Assembly: GCA_029717555.1 (NCBI GenBank)
Contig: JAMDHS010000111.1
Coordinates: forward strand, 1 to 63,006
Source: Peribolospora baueri
Taxonomy: Eukaryota
Length of the DNA stretch: 63,006 bases
Direction: 5' to 3'
This document shows, piece after piece, positions 26,014 to 39,059 of the stretch (within the stretch, counting starts at the first letter, position 1; the number at the start of each line of letters is the position of its first letter). The notes beneath the pieces are model-generated. The model was not told where the DNA came from. It did no database searches and was given only the letters and a program-made list of their open reading frames with translations. The position numbers were made by a program, and so were the translations under genes.

Positions 26014-27661
26014 ATGCCCGGCACCCACCTCCTCCCTCCCAATCTCCTCCGACTCTTTACACCTCGCCCTCCTCTCCCGTTCGCAAAACCGCTCTCCCGA
26101 GACACTGACATCCCACGCTCACAGAGCAAGCGCTTCCGACCTCTGGATGGCGTGTCTAGTCTGCTACAGCGACTGAGGGAGGAGAGGGAGGAGAGGGGCG
26201 AGACCACAGAGGAAGGGGAGGCTCCGGATGCCGACGGGGCGAACGGCGAAGCAGCAGAGAAAGTTACGGACACGGAGGAGACGAAGAGACAAAAGAGGCG
26301 GGAGGAAAAGAAGAAGAGGAAGGAGGAGATCTTCAAGAGAGGGTTGGCAGAATGTGAGCTGAACGGCCCTGCTGATGAACGGCGTATCCGACGCCCATGG
26401 TGGCTTTCTTTATTCGCCGACTTGTTCGCTCGTCTAACTTTCTTGTCTCTTTTGCTTTGCGTTTGATGCGTTTGACGATTCTTTAGACAATCCGAAAGGA
26501 GACCCACAAGCAGTAGGTGACCCGTTCAAGACACTCTTCATCTCTCGCCTGGTGAGCGTCGCCGTCTTCCTTTCGTCTCAACTAGCTTCTAATTTTGCAT
26601 TACTGATTCAACCTTTTCGTTCCCGCGTTCTCCACCTCCTTTTGTCCGCTTGCCGGCCAATTACGCACACATTCCGCAGTCCTATGACGCGACGGAAGAC
26701 GACCTGCACAAGGAGTTCGACATGTACGGCCGCATCGAGCGCGTGCGCGTCGTGAGGGACAAGGAAACAGGGAAGAGTCGGGGTTACGCTTTCATCGTCT
26801 ATGAGAGGGAGAGGGACATGAGGGGTGCGTCTAGCTGCCACGCTTTTCTTTTCATGTGTTGGGAGAGAAGGTTCGCGTCATTGTTCAGCGCCCTCAACGC
26901 TCTCACTTTCCTTACCTCTTCCTACTGGCGATCGTCGTCATCTTCCCGCCAAACAGCCGCATACAAAGATGCAGAGGGCATAAAAGTTTTAGGCCGCCGA
27001 ATCCTCGTAGACGTGGAACGAGGGCGCACGGTGAAAGATTGGAAGCCACGCAGGCTCGGAGGCGGGTTGGGCGGCCGGCCCAAGCCCGTTCAGCCTGGCG
27101 ATCAAGCCCCCATGTTTGCAGCGCCGGTGATGCGGGGCGGCTTCCGAGGGAGGGGCGGCTTCCGTGGAGGCGGTGGCTTTCTTCCTAGGGGCGGCTTTGG
27201 GAATAGGGGAGGCTTTGGTGGGCGCGGTGGCTTTGGCGGTGGGCCGAGAGGGGGCTACGGAGGCGGTCGAGGCGGATTCCAGGGTGGTAGGGGTGGCGGG
27301 TGAGTCATTCATCCTTCGAATCGTATTGTGTTTTCCGTTGCTCCTTTGCTGATGGTCCGTCGATTCATGTTCTCGTCTAGCTTTGGCGGCGGCGGCACCT
27401 TTGGCACTGGCTCGAACGCAGGGTAAGCCATTTTCGTCGTCGTTCTTTGAAGTCTTTCGTCCGGTCTCGCTTTACTCACCTTCGTCTCTCATTCCTGATT
27501 TTCTCGCTCGTAGATACGGTCCGCCACCGGCGGGAGGAGGGGGAGGCTACGGACCTCCCGGCGGTGGCTACGGTCCGCCTAACGGTGGTGGCGGATATGG
27601 TGACATGAAGCGAGGAGGCGACGATTACGGCGACCGTGATGCCAAGCGAATGAGGTATTAA
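26014..27661 (+). CDS. SNP1: U1 snRNP 70 kDa protein (multi-exon)
   Basis: [74 protein letters not shown] tail. Confidence 0.95.
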
Positions 27662-28692
27662 GCGAATGCATGGGAAAGGGGCGTTCGCGGTTGACGAGAT
27701 GGGAGGGCAAGCAGGAGTGGAGGCCACGAAGACGAATGAAGTGTAGGTATACTGAACGACCGGCTCTCTGGGGTTCTCTCATGTGGAATGTTCGCGTCGC
27801 AAGTCGCTTCGCTCTGGACGACCCCTCTCGCAATGAGCATTCATGCTCGGTAGGTCATCGATTCTGCTGTCTGCCAAGATGGTGGTAGGTGCCTGTCCTT
27901 TTTCTTTCCGAACGCCCTGAGTCCGGACGTAGAACTGCTGCGAGGTGGAGTCGTGGAGGGTAAGGACTACCGATGCCGGGTGGCGAGTTGGCGGGTGTGC
28001 GGGCCGACAAAGGTGGACGACCAACCAGCCAACCAACTGGCCGAGGCATCCTCGCCTGCGTCTACCCCAGCGGCGAACCAGATGGCCTTGAAAGGTATAA
28101 TCACTCGTACAGCGTTACTCTACTACAGCCTTCCTTCGTCCTTGTACCTATATACTCGAGGACCGTGCTCGTACTAATTGGAGAGGCGGGCAGCGTCTAC
28201 AAGATGCTCAGCTCCCACGAGCTGATAGGGTGCATTGCAAGAAGCAAGAAGAGAGGACTGGCTGGCGCACCTCGAGGTGGTCGGCATTGCAGCAGGAGAG
28301 AGATGGAGTTGTCTTTGCTCTCTTTCTGCGCAGAGGTGGAGCCGGTACAAAGGCCAAACCCAGGCTGGGAGTATTTGGTCAGCGGATGCACTGCCGATCC
28401 CGCCGATCCCGGATCACGGCCTTTCTTCCGCCGGCCGCCGCCGAACATTCGAGCGCCTCGACCTCGTCTTCGGGGAAACATTTGATAGCCTGAGTCGACT
28501 GACGGCGGAGCGGTGGCTGTCCTGACTGATAAGTATAGACAGGGAGGTTTCGCAGGGTTGGCCTTTTTTTCCTTCCTCCCTCCACCTGCCTTTGTCACAG
28601 CCTAGTGCTTGAGGGAAAAAGGCGTGCTCTTCTTGGTCATCCTCCCTCCTCTCCTGGACGGACGTCGCCTAGCTTACTTTCCCTTCTTGGCC

Positions 28693-29818
28693 ATGCCTTC
28701 CCTCGGACTCCCTCTCGCCACTGCCCTCCGGAGGCTCCTCCCTCTGGTCGTCCTCCTCCCATCCTCGCCGTTCGTCTCCTTCGTCGGTGCCAGCCCCTCG
28801 ACGCCGGTGGCATTTTCCACCCGTCTCCCTCGCTCCACCCATGACAGGGTCTTCTACGCCGGCCAGGACGTAGGACCGGAGCCAGGCTGGTTGCCTTTCG
28901 GAAAGGGGCACCACCAGTTCTGCGATCCGGGCGAGGGTCAATTGAGTTGTCGGAATACGACGGCAGAGGCGAGTGGACCAGGCGATCTGGATGCCTCAGG
29001 GATCTTATTCCTCCATCGCTCATTTCCCCCCCTTTCCCGACCGTATCCGCCACTGCCGTTGACCGATGTACACTGCTTGTGCTGTGTAGAACACTTGCTG
29101 GTGAGCGAAGCAGATGAAGTCCAAGAGGACAAGCCATCCACGATCATTTGATCACCAGGCCTTGCCCTCTTCTTCCGTATCTCCCAGCTTGAACTATCCG
29201 TCGGGCCAGCTCCTCCACACGCAAATTTGGGCCATGAACGGTCCGGCAGACTCGTTCACCGTACACGGCCTCTGGCCTGTGAGTTAGCATTGCAGTGCGG
29301 ACACCGACGATTTATCCGTCGCGGTTCGAGGAACGGTTGATGTGCAGGGACGCGACGCTCAAGGTATGGAGTTCTGGCCTTTCTGAACTTTTTTTTTTCG
29401 TCTTCGCCTCGATCTCGCTTTTCAGGACCACTGTGACGGCTCGTATGACGCCGTCTGCGGCCCTGACAGACAATGGACAAACATCAGCGACATCTTGACG
29501 AGCTATGGCGCTGTAGGTCGATCCTATCCTGCTTCCCATCGTCTCCCAGTCCTGCTTATGAGTTCCCACTCGTTCTTCTCTTTCTCCCGACATGTCATGC
29601 CGGCGACCGTGACGATGGCCAGGGAGACCTTTTGTCGTACATGAACGAGTACTGGCTTGACGAGAATGGCTGCAATTCGGCGCCGTGCGGCTCGAACGAA
29701 AAGTTCTGGGAGCACGAGTGGGGCAAACATGGGACCTGTATTTCGTGAGCGAGCAGGACCGTCGTCGTCCGGTTTTGTTCGGTTTGGTTTGGTTTGGCTC
29801 GGTTCGGCTCATCGTCCT

Positions 29819-29850
<32 letters not shown>

Positions 29851-30655
29851 CACCGGACTCTCGGTCTTATGGGGACACAGTACCATAGAGCCGTCGTGCT
29901 ACTCGGACTACGAGCCGCAGGAAGAAGTGGTCCAGTTCTTCCGCGTCACCATCAACCTGTTCAAGGTGGGGCCCCCTTTCCACCTTTGGGAGCGACGAAC
30001 GAACGGCTTGACTGATTTGAACCGGCCCCCCCGGTTCAGCAACTGCCGCTGTACCGGTTGTTGGAGAAGGCGGGGATATACCCGTCGGACAGCAAGACGT
30101 GGAAGCTGGGGGACATGAACGACGGTGAGCGAGAGGGAAGGAGAGACGACGGATCGGAGACCGGGTTCCGGGTGGACGCGCTCACGGTCGTTCGTTTCTC
30201 TCCTTCCTCCCATTCACTGGCAGCCATCATCCAGCACACCGGCCACACGCCGGCGATGCAGTGTGTGAACGGCACGCTGACCGAGGTTTGGATGGTGAGC
30301 GTTTAAGGAGGGGGACGGGCGTGTTGAGGGAGTCGAGGAAGGCCGAGTCGAGTTGGTAGAAGGGCCATCAAAGTCAGCGCTAATTCGTCTCGTCCCTTGG
30401 GCGCCTGTCCTTCTCCCCATGGTTGCAGTTCTTCAACACGCTTGGTCCTCTCCCCGGTGGGTTGGGTGGCGATGATCCGAGACGCCTTCCCTTCCTTCCC
30501 TTCTCATCCGCGCTCACTCGACCGTTTCTTTTTCGCTGCACGCCGCGCTGCCAGACGGCATCTTCGTCTCCACCGAGCCGGACGGGAGCACGAGCACCTG
30601 TCCGGACGACGTGCTTTGGCCCGTGAAGAGCAACGCGACGGCGGGGGGGCGTTGA
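28693..30655 (+). CDS. Secreted ribonuclease T2 family protein (many short exons)
   Basis: Hydrophobic N-terminus; [13 protein letters not shown] (~29250-29278); [17 protein letters not shown] (~29704-29740). Confidence 0.92.
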
Positions 30656-31948
30656 CGTGGAGAAAGAAAAGAGAAAGGGCGGTCGGAGCGTAGGCCTGCC
30701 TGCCTTGGTCGGGGAAGGCGTTGTAAACGAGCACTAGACTGACATGACATGACATGCCCAGCCCAGAGGTGGGGCTCTACCGACACGGACACGGACACGG
30801 ACACCGACACGGACGGAACACTGGGGGCGAGACGAGACTGAAGACTAGAATTCGAGTCGCCATGCACTCTGCATGGACGGACTGCGAGGCGAACGGACGT
30901 GCGGACACCGGGCACATTGGAGGGAGAGAAAGATGGGGGCACGTGACGTACTTACTTGGCTGTGTGGATCTTATGTCCATTGCACTCCATCCGTCCATCG
31001 TCCATCGACGGTGTATGGAGGACAGAAGGATGTGGTGGAGGGAGATGTAAGGGGCGTTGCGGAAGCGCGATAGAACGAACGAACGAAACGCGATCGAGGG
31101 ACGGCCTGGCTTGGCTTGACTTGTTCCGGCGGCGGGGCAATGCATGCTCTATGAGCGCATGTACATGTGTGGCGGGTAACTTGCATAGAACAGAACAAGA
31201 ACAGTAGGAGCCGCTCCGCTCCGGTGGAGATGAGACGGACGGACGGAGCGGCCGATAAAATTGTGCGACCCTCGCTCGTTCGCTCTTTCTTTTATTTTCT
31301 CTTTCTTTTTTCTCATCGCTTGCTCGCTCGCCATCCATATCGACATTCAGCCGGCCTCGTTTGGGCCGACGTGGGCATGGCTGGGCGTGCAATAAATAGA
31401 CAAAGGCGTGGTGGGCTGAATGGGTAGGCCCTGGGCTCCGTCTGGGACACGCCGCTAGGTGGAAGGACGGATGGAGGAGGGCGGGGGCTAGTGGACGTAG
31501 AGCGAGGCGGCCGTCGTCGCCGGACGGAGTCGCACCTGTTTTGGTGCCGAGGGAAGAGGAAGAGTGGCGGTGTCGCACCCTCACCGCCTTTCCATACGTC
31601 CCTCTTCATCCCGGAGCGGCTGTGAAGGGAAGCGGCGGTCAAGTCGGACGACGACCCTCATAACCACCGCCTCTTCACCTCGCCAACCCCTTTCTCTGCC
31701 CATCACCATTACCATCTCCCCCGCTACATACGAGCAGCCACCCAAGCGCACCTTGGCCTCCAACCCGTCCTCTCACCCCGACGCATCGCCGCCGAGACAC
31801 ATCCCTGCCAGCCGGGAGAAAAGAAAAGAGAAGTGAAGAGAAACGAACAAACGCGCTCTTCATCTCGCCCGCAACTCAGCAACCAACCGCCCGTCACCAT
31901 CCAGGAGCAGAAAGCGCTTGCCAGGCCAAGACCAAACACCAGACCAGC

Positions 31949-32260
31949 ATGCGCGCTTCCCTCCCCGTCTCCTCTCCTCAGCGCCGCTCGCGGACCGTCG
32001 CCATCCTCTTCACCGCCCTCGCCGTTACGGCCGCGATAGCCGAGGCTCGGCCCCTCTCCTCTGCGTCCCTTCAAGTCCGAGCGGTGCCCCAAGTGAGCGT
32101 CGCCAGCGTCGCCGTCGCATCGCCCATTTCCTCCTCGTCTCCACGGCGACGGGCACCACCTCCAAATCCACCCCAGCCCCCAAGCCCGACTCCGACTCCG
32201 AGTCCTCCAAGTCCGAGCCCGAACCCGAACCCGAACCCGCATCCGCGCCCGTCCGATAGC

Positions 32261-32293
<33 letters not shown>

Positions 32294-33307
32294 AGCCCGT
32301 CTCCAAGCCCGAGCCCGAGCCCGACGCCCAGCGCAACCCAGTCCTCCTCGCCCTCCTCTTCCTCTTCCTCCACATCCAGCTCCTCTCACTCTCCCGACTC
32401 CACCTCATCCACCACCACCACCGCCTCCTCCTCTTCTTCCACATCGCCCACCCCGTCCTCCACATCCGCCCAGTCCAAATCCTCTGGAGGGCCGTTCGGG
32501 CTCAAGCCGACGTATGGATGGCTCGCCGTCGCAGGCATCAGTGAGCATCGTCGATACTCGCCCCGTTGGTTGGCCAGCGGCTCATATCCCTTTTCCCTCT
32601 CCTTCTCACCCTACGCAGTCGTCGGAGGATGCCTCGCCCTCGTGCTCCTAATGCGCACCATCTACCGCCTCGGCCACCGCACCTTTGCTAACAAGGCCCA
32701 GCCGCTCGAGTGGCACTACGATCCCGTCGGCGGCGTCGTAGGGTCCAGCACCGGAGGGCACGGAGGTGCAGCGGCGTCAGTGGGCCATACGGCCGGCGAG
32801 GTCGACGAGGATGACGCCTTGTTGGACGAGATGGTCCGTCAGCCGAGCACTTTGGCCAGCTTCGGCACCGGAACGGCCCCGTCCGTCGCGGCTTCGATAC
32901 CCATGTCCCAGCAGCAGAGGTCGTACGCTGGATACGGGCAGGGCACGTACAGCAGCGTTCCAAGCACAACGTACGGGTACGGGTACGGGGCGTACGAGTT
33001 TGGATACGATTATCCCGGCCCCCCGGCGGCGGCGGGCGCGTACGACTACCCGTCCACGCTCCCCGGTGCTCATCACGGCGGACCGGGACCGGGACCGGGT
33101 TCGATGGAGGACCCGTACCAGCCTTCGTCTACCTTTGACCCCTTTGCAGCTTCGGCGCCCGTGCCCGTGCCCGCCGCGACCGTAGCATCCCCGCCCAGCA
33201 GGGTCACCTCCACCACCTCGTCCTCCGCTTCTGCGCACCGACATCATCCTTCTCTCGTCCCCGGCGGTCTGGGTCCGGGTCCGGGTCCGGATCCGGCCGC
33301 CGAGTGA
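31949..33307 (+). CDS. Ser/Pro/Thr-rich single-pass membrane protein (cell-surface sensor-like); intron ~32541-32618
   Basis: Signal-like segment, (SP)n and poly-Ser ectodomain, TM across the splice (WLAVAGI|IVGGCLALVLLM), Tyr/Gly/Pro-rich tail. Confidence 0.65.
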
Positions 33308-34165
33308 GGGAGGGGGATTTATCGTCCCATATGCCTTTCTCCATCCTTCATTTTCTTTTTGTTTCTTTCCCTCCCTCGTGCCGTAGCCATGTAGACTCTA
33401 GACTATACATATAGGCGCCAACCGTCCCGTCCCGTCCCGTCCCGTCTTGCCTTGACTTGCCTTGACGTTTTCCCGCCGTCTTCGCATCCAGTCCAAGCCC
33501 ACCCCACATCTTTCTCGCATCCATCCATCCATCCCACTCACTCCACAGACACTCAGACCCAGACCCAGAACCCCGGCGAAGAACCCCGCCGGTGGCTGTA
33601 CCTATCTCCTTCTCGCCACTCACCATCCCCCTTTCCCGCCTGCTTTCTTCTTCTTCGTCTTCTTCGTCTTCTTCGTTCCCGCTCCCGCATTCGTCGCCAG
33701 ACGGAGTTTCAGTGGACACTACCGCGCGCTTTCTCTTTATTCTTGAAGCATGAACGAATGCATGAAGAATGGTTTTTTTATTGGCGACAGGGACGGAGCG
33801 GTGGAAAGCGAGCCGTCCCAACCCAACCCGTCCTCGTCCTCGTCCTCGTCCTCGTCCTGTCTTGTTTTCGTTCTCTTTTCGTTCCCCTCCTTCCTCTTTC
33901 GTCTCGTCTCGTCTCGTCTCGTCTCGTCTCCGTTCGTTTCGTTTCCGTCTGTGGCCATCAATACCGGTCGACAGACGCGCTTCACTTCACTTCTTCGCTC
34001 TTTGTCTGCCATTCTTTCCTGATCCATCTTATTTACGTGTTGGAAGGGGAAGGGGCGGGGAGGGGGAGAACCGGAACCGGAAGGAAAAAGAGAAAAGCAA
34101 GGCAAGGCAAGAAGGCGTCTCGAGACGTCGTGTCGTCGCTCGCCTTGACCGTCCCCACCGATTGA

Positions 34166-35471
34166 TTACCAGCGCCTGTGTGTGGATGAATGGACGGAAG
34201 GAGGGAAGAAAAGGCAAGGAAAGGGAGGGCGAGGAGCGGAAAGAAAAGAAAGAAAGAGAAAAAAGAAAAAAGCAAAAGGGGATTTCAATCGGTCAGCTTT
34301 CGTCGCTCTTTTCGGAGCGCTCGCTATTTTGGACGGTCACGAGACGAAGACGAGGACTGACTTGTAAGGCAAGAACTTGCCGTTGAACGTAATCTTCACC
34401 CTGTCCTCCCCGTGCTCGCCCTTGACCTTTTCGACGTCTCCGTTGACTTTCGGGCGCGTGAGATGGCACAAGGAGAGACGGTCGTCAGCGAAGGAGGAAG
34501 GGGAAGCGAGGAGACTCGACGAAAGGGAGGGCGAGCGGGCGACGGACGCCCGACGCTGGGGCGAATGGGGGAACACTCACAATCGATCAAGGACATGATG
34601 CCGTCTCCGAACTGTCAAATCGAGAGTCGATGAACGCGAGAGGGGACGGTACATGTCAGCAGGGAGACACGCGATTCAAGGCGAACAGTGGATGGATTCG
34701 GGCCCGCGCCGCACCTTCTCATGAATGATGTGCTTGAGGGGGAAACCGTACACGACGATCGCCTCGTAGAGGCGGTAGATGGTCGGGTCTGAACCAAAGG
34801 CGGAAGGAGCGAGCTAGGTTAGACGCGCCGCCCAAACGACCCAAAGCGTGCTCGCGACAGACACGGGGAGAGAGGGGACAAGCACCGCTAGGAGGCATAG
34901 GCCCGAGACCACCCCTGGTGGGCCAAAAGTTCTCTCCCAAGCCCTCCGTGGTGACCGAGGCAGGGATGTCGAGCGCCTTGGCCAGCGCATCGAGGTCCTT
35001 GGGCTCCGGCTTGGCTTGGCCGTACTGGGTTCGTCGGGCGAAGGGGGAGAGAAGGGTGAATGGGACGTTTGGACGATTGGTTGCATCGTCGAGTGGGGGA
35101 GAGACTCACGAAGATTGCAGCGGTGTACCACTCGCTACGTCCGATCGACTTTGCAATCTGCTCAAAGCTCAGACCCTGCGGCGGAACACGACACGTAGGA
35201 GAGAGGGGGGCGGGCACAATGGTCGGCAGGGGAGAAGCATGCGCGCATGAACGCGCGGACGGCCAGTCGACCGTCGACGCACCTTCTTCTGCTTCGCCTC
35301 CATCAGCTGCATGAACACGCCAGGCAGGTGTTCCATGACCTTGGGAGTGGACATAGGAGCGGCACGGACCGGGGATCCAAGAGAGGAGAAGGCGCGAGAG
35401 GTGGCAGGTCGGACGAGGTAGGTGGTGGACCGGTGGAGGGAGGTCCTGAGAGCGGGGGCGAGGGAAAACAT
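34166..35471 (-). CDS. CYN1: Cyanate hydratase (cyanase), multi-exon
   Basis: LMEAKQKK|GLSFEQIAKSIGRSEWYTAAIF|YGQA, DPTIYRLYEAIVVYG..LKHIIHEK|FGDGIMSLID, DRVKITFNGKFLPY. Confidence 0.95.
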
Positions 35472-36212
35472 GGTGAGTGGGGCTCGGCTTTTGAGCGAAC
35501 TAGGGCAACTTGAGGCGGATAGGGGGTCAACGCTGGGCTCGGCGGAGATCCGGCAGGGTGGGACGAGGGTGGGGATGGTGGTGGGAAGAAGAGGGAACGT
35601 CAGCCGACGCGATGCGAGTCCCCGCCGTGATGCTCCGAGCCGGGAACGTATGAAACGTATGAATGCAAGCGTCGATCACTCGCGCTCGCCCATCGCGGCC
35701 TTTAGTCGCCGATGCCGCAGCCCGCCAAGAGATGCAATGTGGAGATGGATCAGCCGGGACCAAGTGACAAGTCGCCGGGTGCCTCGCACCGACGTGAAGT
35801 GAGCGTGACGACTTCGGTTCTCTGTGCGAGAGTGAAGCGAGCACCGACGTGGCGACGGCCCTACCGCACATGCGCCACGTCTCCTACTACAAAACACTTG
35901 GGTTTGCGACCGGCGCCTCAGGTCGAGCACAGATAAAGAGGAACGGGTGAGCGCGGACGAGACGAGACAAGGAAGATAGCATCAACGCAGGCGTTGATGA
36001 GATGGAAGCGTTTGAGGGGCAGGCGGGCGGAGAGGAAAGGCGCTGACTTCGGCCTCGGCTGGGGTTCCTGGCTTTGATTCTGCGTTGGTTCAGGTCAGGC
36101 ACCCACTAAGGCACAGCGATGCGGCAGCAGTAAGGCGGCACAGACGGACAAAAAAGCTTCGCAAACCCACTCAGAGTCATTTATACACAGGCGCCACGCG
36201 ACACGCTCGGTC

Positions 36213-36537
36213 TGTCACAAATCTCCGCTCAGAATCTCGTGCTCATAGGCTCGGACAAAGGAGCTGTGACGTTGCGAGGTTAGAACAAAGGAGCTGCGGC
36301 GTTGCAAGGTTAGAACAAAGGAGCTATGACGTTGCGAGGTTAGAACATAGGTGCTACGGTGCTGCACCGGTTCATGAAATATAAAGAGAGCCGGACAGGG
36401 CGTCCGCATCTTTCCTCCCCAAGCTAAGAATCCTTTTGTCACCGCCCAGGTTTCCTCCAGAGTTCCCCGTCCAGCATCAGCACCTCTGTCCCAGCCTCCG
36501 CCCCATCCTCGTTCCCGTCCTCGTCCCTGTCCTGACA
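36213..36537 (+). repeat. Left LTR (TGTCA...TGACA, 325 bp)
   Basis: Highly similar direct repeat of 44323-44672; TG...CA ends; ATATAAA box; three 30-bp internal repeats. Confidence 0.9.
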
Positions 36538-37012
36538 GCTTTGCCAAGTCCTGCTTCCCTGAAGTCGTTGTCATTGCTGTTTGTGTAAATATTACGCCGA
36601 CTTCCACTGTTACCTTACCTTTTATCTACAAGCTTTCAGGCTTTCACTTGGTTGAGGGCAAACCCTACTTCCATTGTTTTTCAACATCAGCAGACACCAC
36701 GCGCTCAGGTGACGCCAATATGAAAAACGCGGTTTGGCAGTCGAGCCGAAATATTAAATATTTAGTTTGACTCTGCACTAAGCGCCGTTCAGATTGAGTT
36801 TGTGGGGGGGCGTGACTCCATACGGCCATTTCTTCCTTTTTTCTTCTCCTTCTCCTTTCTCTTCACCACCAGCACCACCAGCACCACCCTGCCTGGCTCC
36901 ACCGTAAGTCTGCTACGTCCGCTTCATCACATCGCTCAATATATCCTCCTCGTACTATCTCGCCGCCCCTGTCCTCTTTTTGGTCTCCGTTCCATATATA
37001 GACTTGTTCAGC

Positions 37013-37914
37013 ATGCCTTCCTCTCCGGAATCACTGCCTCGAGAACTTCCAAGTCGGACCCCGACACCCGAGTCTAGTGGCACCTGGCCATCCGAACTGA
37101 GCCCCGGCGAGGAGGTTTACAAAAACTTCAAGACAAGGAGCGTTTCCCTTGTCGACGGTCAGATTTTACGAGTGCAGGATCTAGTCGCAGCGGAACCGCA
37201 GACTTTCACTTACAATCTCACGAAAACTACGCCGGAGCCGTACGATTCGTCAAAGCGAATACGACCATTCCCGTACCCGAGGTATACCGCCTTGGAACAG
37301 TCGGTCCCTATGAATTCATGTACCTGGAGAAGATGGAAGGAACTCCTCTGCCGGATGACGACGACGCAGTGATCGACGACAACCTGGTGGCCCAAATACT
37401 AGCTTTTCGGGAGCAGCTACGGTCAATCAAGAGCGACGTGATCCGAGGCTTTGGACCGGACCAGAAGCTTGTTAACCCGCGGCTCACCAGGATGGACATC
37501 CCTCTGTTACTGAAACCGTGTGGATCGGTTCTCGAGTACCTCATTCGCCGTCTTCGCGCCATCGAAAGACCGCACATCGAATCGCTGGATCGCCTGATTG
37601 CCCATTTGGAATCGGGCGCCATTCAGATCGAGCCGTGCGACATCGTTCTCTGTCACGGCGACTTTTCGGCGTGCAACATTCTCGCCAAGGACGGCAAAGT
37701 GACCGCATTGTTGGACTGGGAATATGCTGGCTTCTACCCAGAGTATGAGGAAGACTGTTACGACAACAAGAACGAGCCTCTGCATTACTTGGTATATAGC
37801 GACGCTTGGATGGACAAGTTTCCGACCATAGCCAAGATTGAAAGATGCATCGCGATGGCTAGGAAGGAAAAGGGACATTTGTCCGAGTTCATAGAGTCTA
37901 ATTTCGTCCTCTGA
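37013..37914 (+). pseudogene. APH/choline-kinase-like phosphotransferase with an apparent frameshift near 37.1-37.2 kb
   Basis: AVRFVKANTTIPVPEVY...FMYLEKMEG, LCHGDFSACNIL and ALLDWEYAGFYP. The ATG-bearing 5' part is in a different frame and no plausible intron was seen. Confidence 0.75.
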
Positions 37915-38332
37915 TCCGTCCTTCCGTCTTAGGGCCGAGACAGTCGGCATGTACTTCAGTATTAATAGCTGATGCCAACAACAGGAATCCTACCGGTCTG
38001 TCGCCCCTGCTCCCCGCAGTCTCGATACCCCTCCTTCCTGGCCCTCGTCCTGCGAGCTTTCTCCGAGTCGTTTCCCTTGACAACGACCCCCGCAGGGAAA
38101 CCCCTGATGATAGGGTGTGCGCGGTCGAAAGCCGTCTCATGCATGAAAAAAGAACATGGCAATGAGGTCAATGCCTAATGAACAGGAATGGTCCAGAAGA
38201 CGTGCGGCCATCTGAGGTTATCTCCTCTTTGGAGTGGATGAACGGATGGACACGTAGAGGACCGACGGCGAGTGAGTGAGTGGGGGTAGGTATTATCATT
38301 ATCACGCGCGCGACACGCAAAGGCAACGTGAC

Positions 38333-38740
38333 CACGGTCACCAGCACGCCGAAAAGCCGATGGAGAGCGCTTTTATCTTGCACGAGGGCCGACGGCTTCG
38401 CCTCTCAGACATCGCCTCTCAGCGGCTTCAGCACTCGGATTTCGCGTTCCTCTCTGCGTGCCATACCGCTGTCGGGGCGACCGGACTGTCGGACGAGTCG
38501 ATCCACCTAGCCGCCGCCCTTCAGTGCGCTGGATTTCGAAGCGTGATCGCAACAACGAAGGCTATTTACGACCAGGACGGTCCAAAGGTCGCCGAGCACG
38601 TCTATCGCCACATGTTTCGAGGCGAGGAAAGGAACGCCACCGACGCTGCTCGCGCCTTAAACGAGGCCGTGTTGGCTTTGCGTCGAGACAAGAGCGTCAA
38701 GGCGGATCGATGGATCCCGTTCGTCCATATTGGCATTTGA
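38333..38740 (+). pseudogene. 5'-truncated CHAT (caspase-like, TPR-associated) protease domain
   Basis: HG.Q...KPMESAFILHEG, FAFLSACHTA.G...LSDESIHLAAALQCAGFRSVIAT...IYDQDG and RWIPFVHIGI*; upstream sequence unrelated. Confidence 0.85.
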
Positions 38741-39059
38741 GGCATCGGTTTCAAGTGGGTGAAGTGGGACTGCTGCGCCGTTGTAGGCAAGAAAGAAGGC
38801 AGAGGATGCGTGCAACGACGGCGATAGAACAAGGACCAGGATTGCAAAGACAGAGCTAAAGGGTGTGTACAGGGAAGAACAAGCTAGAACGGATAAAGGG
38901 CCCTAGGAACGAGGAAGGGTGCTGCAAGTCTTTTATAGACAAGCCATGGTGCGGGGCCCGCACAAGAGAGGGCCGGCACGCCGACAGACCACGTGTTGGA
39001 ATTGGCAGCGACGAGCACCGTGGTTACTATTTGCACACGTGTGTTGGACCGCTCTTCGT

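Noticed and set aside
17139..30655. RNA-processing gene cluster (PWI protein, U1-70K, RNase T2)
   Set aside because: Interspersed with unrelated housekeeping genes; consistent with chance.
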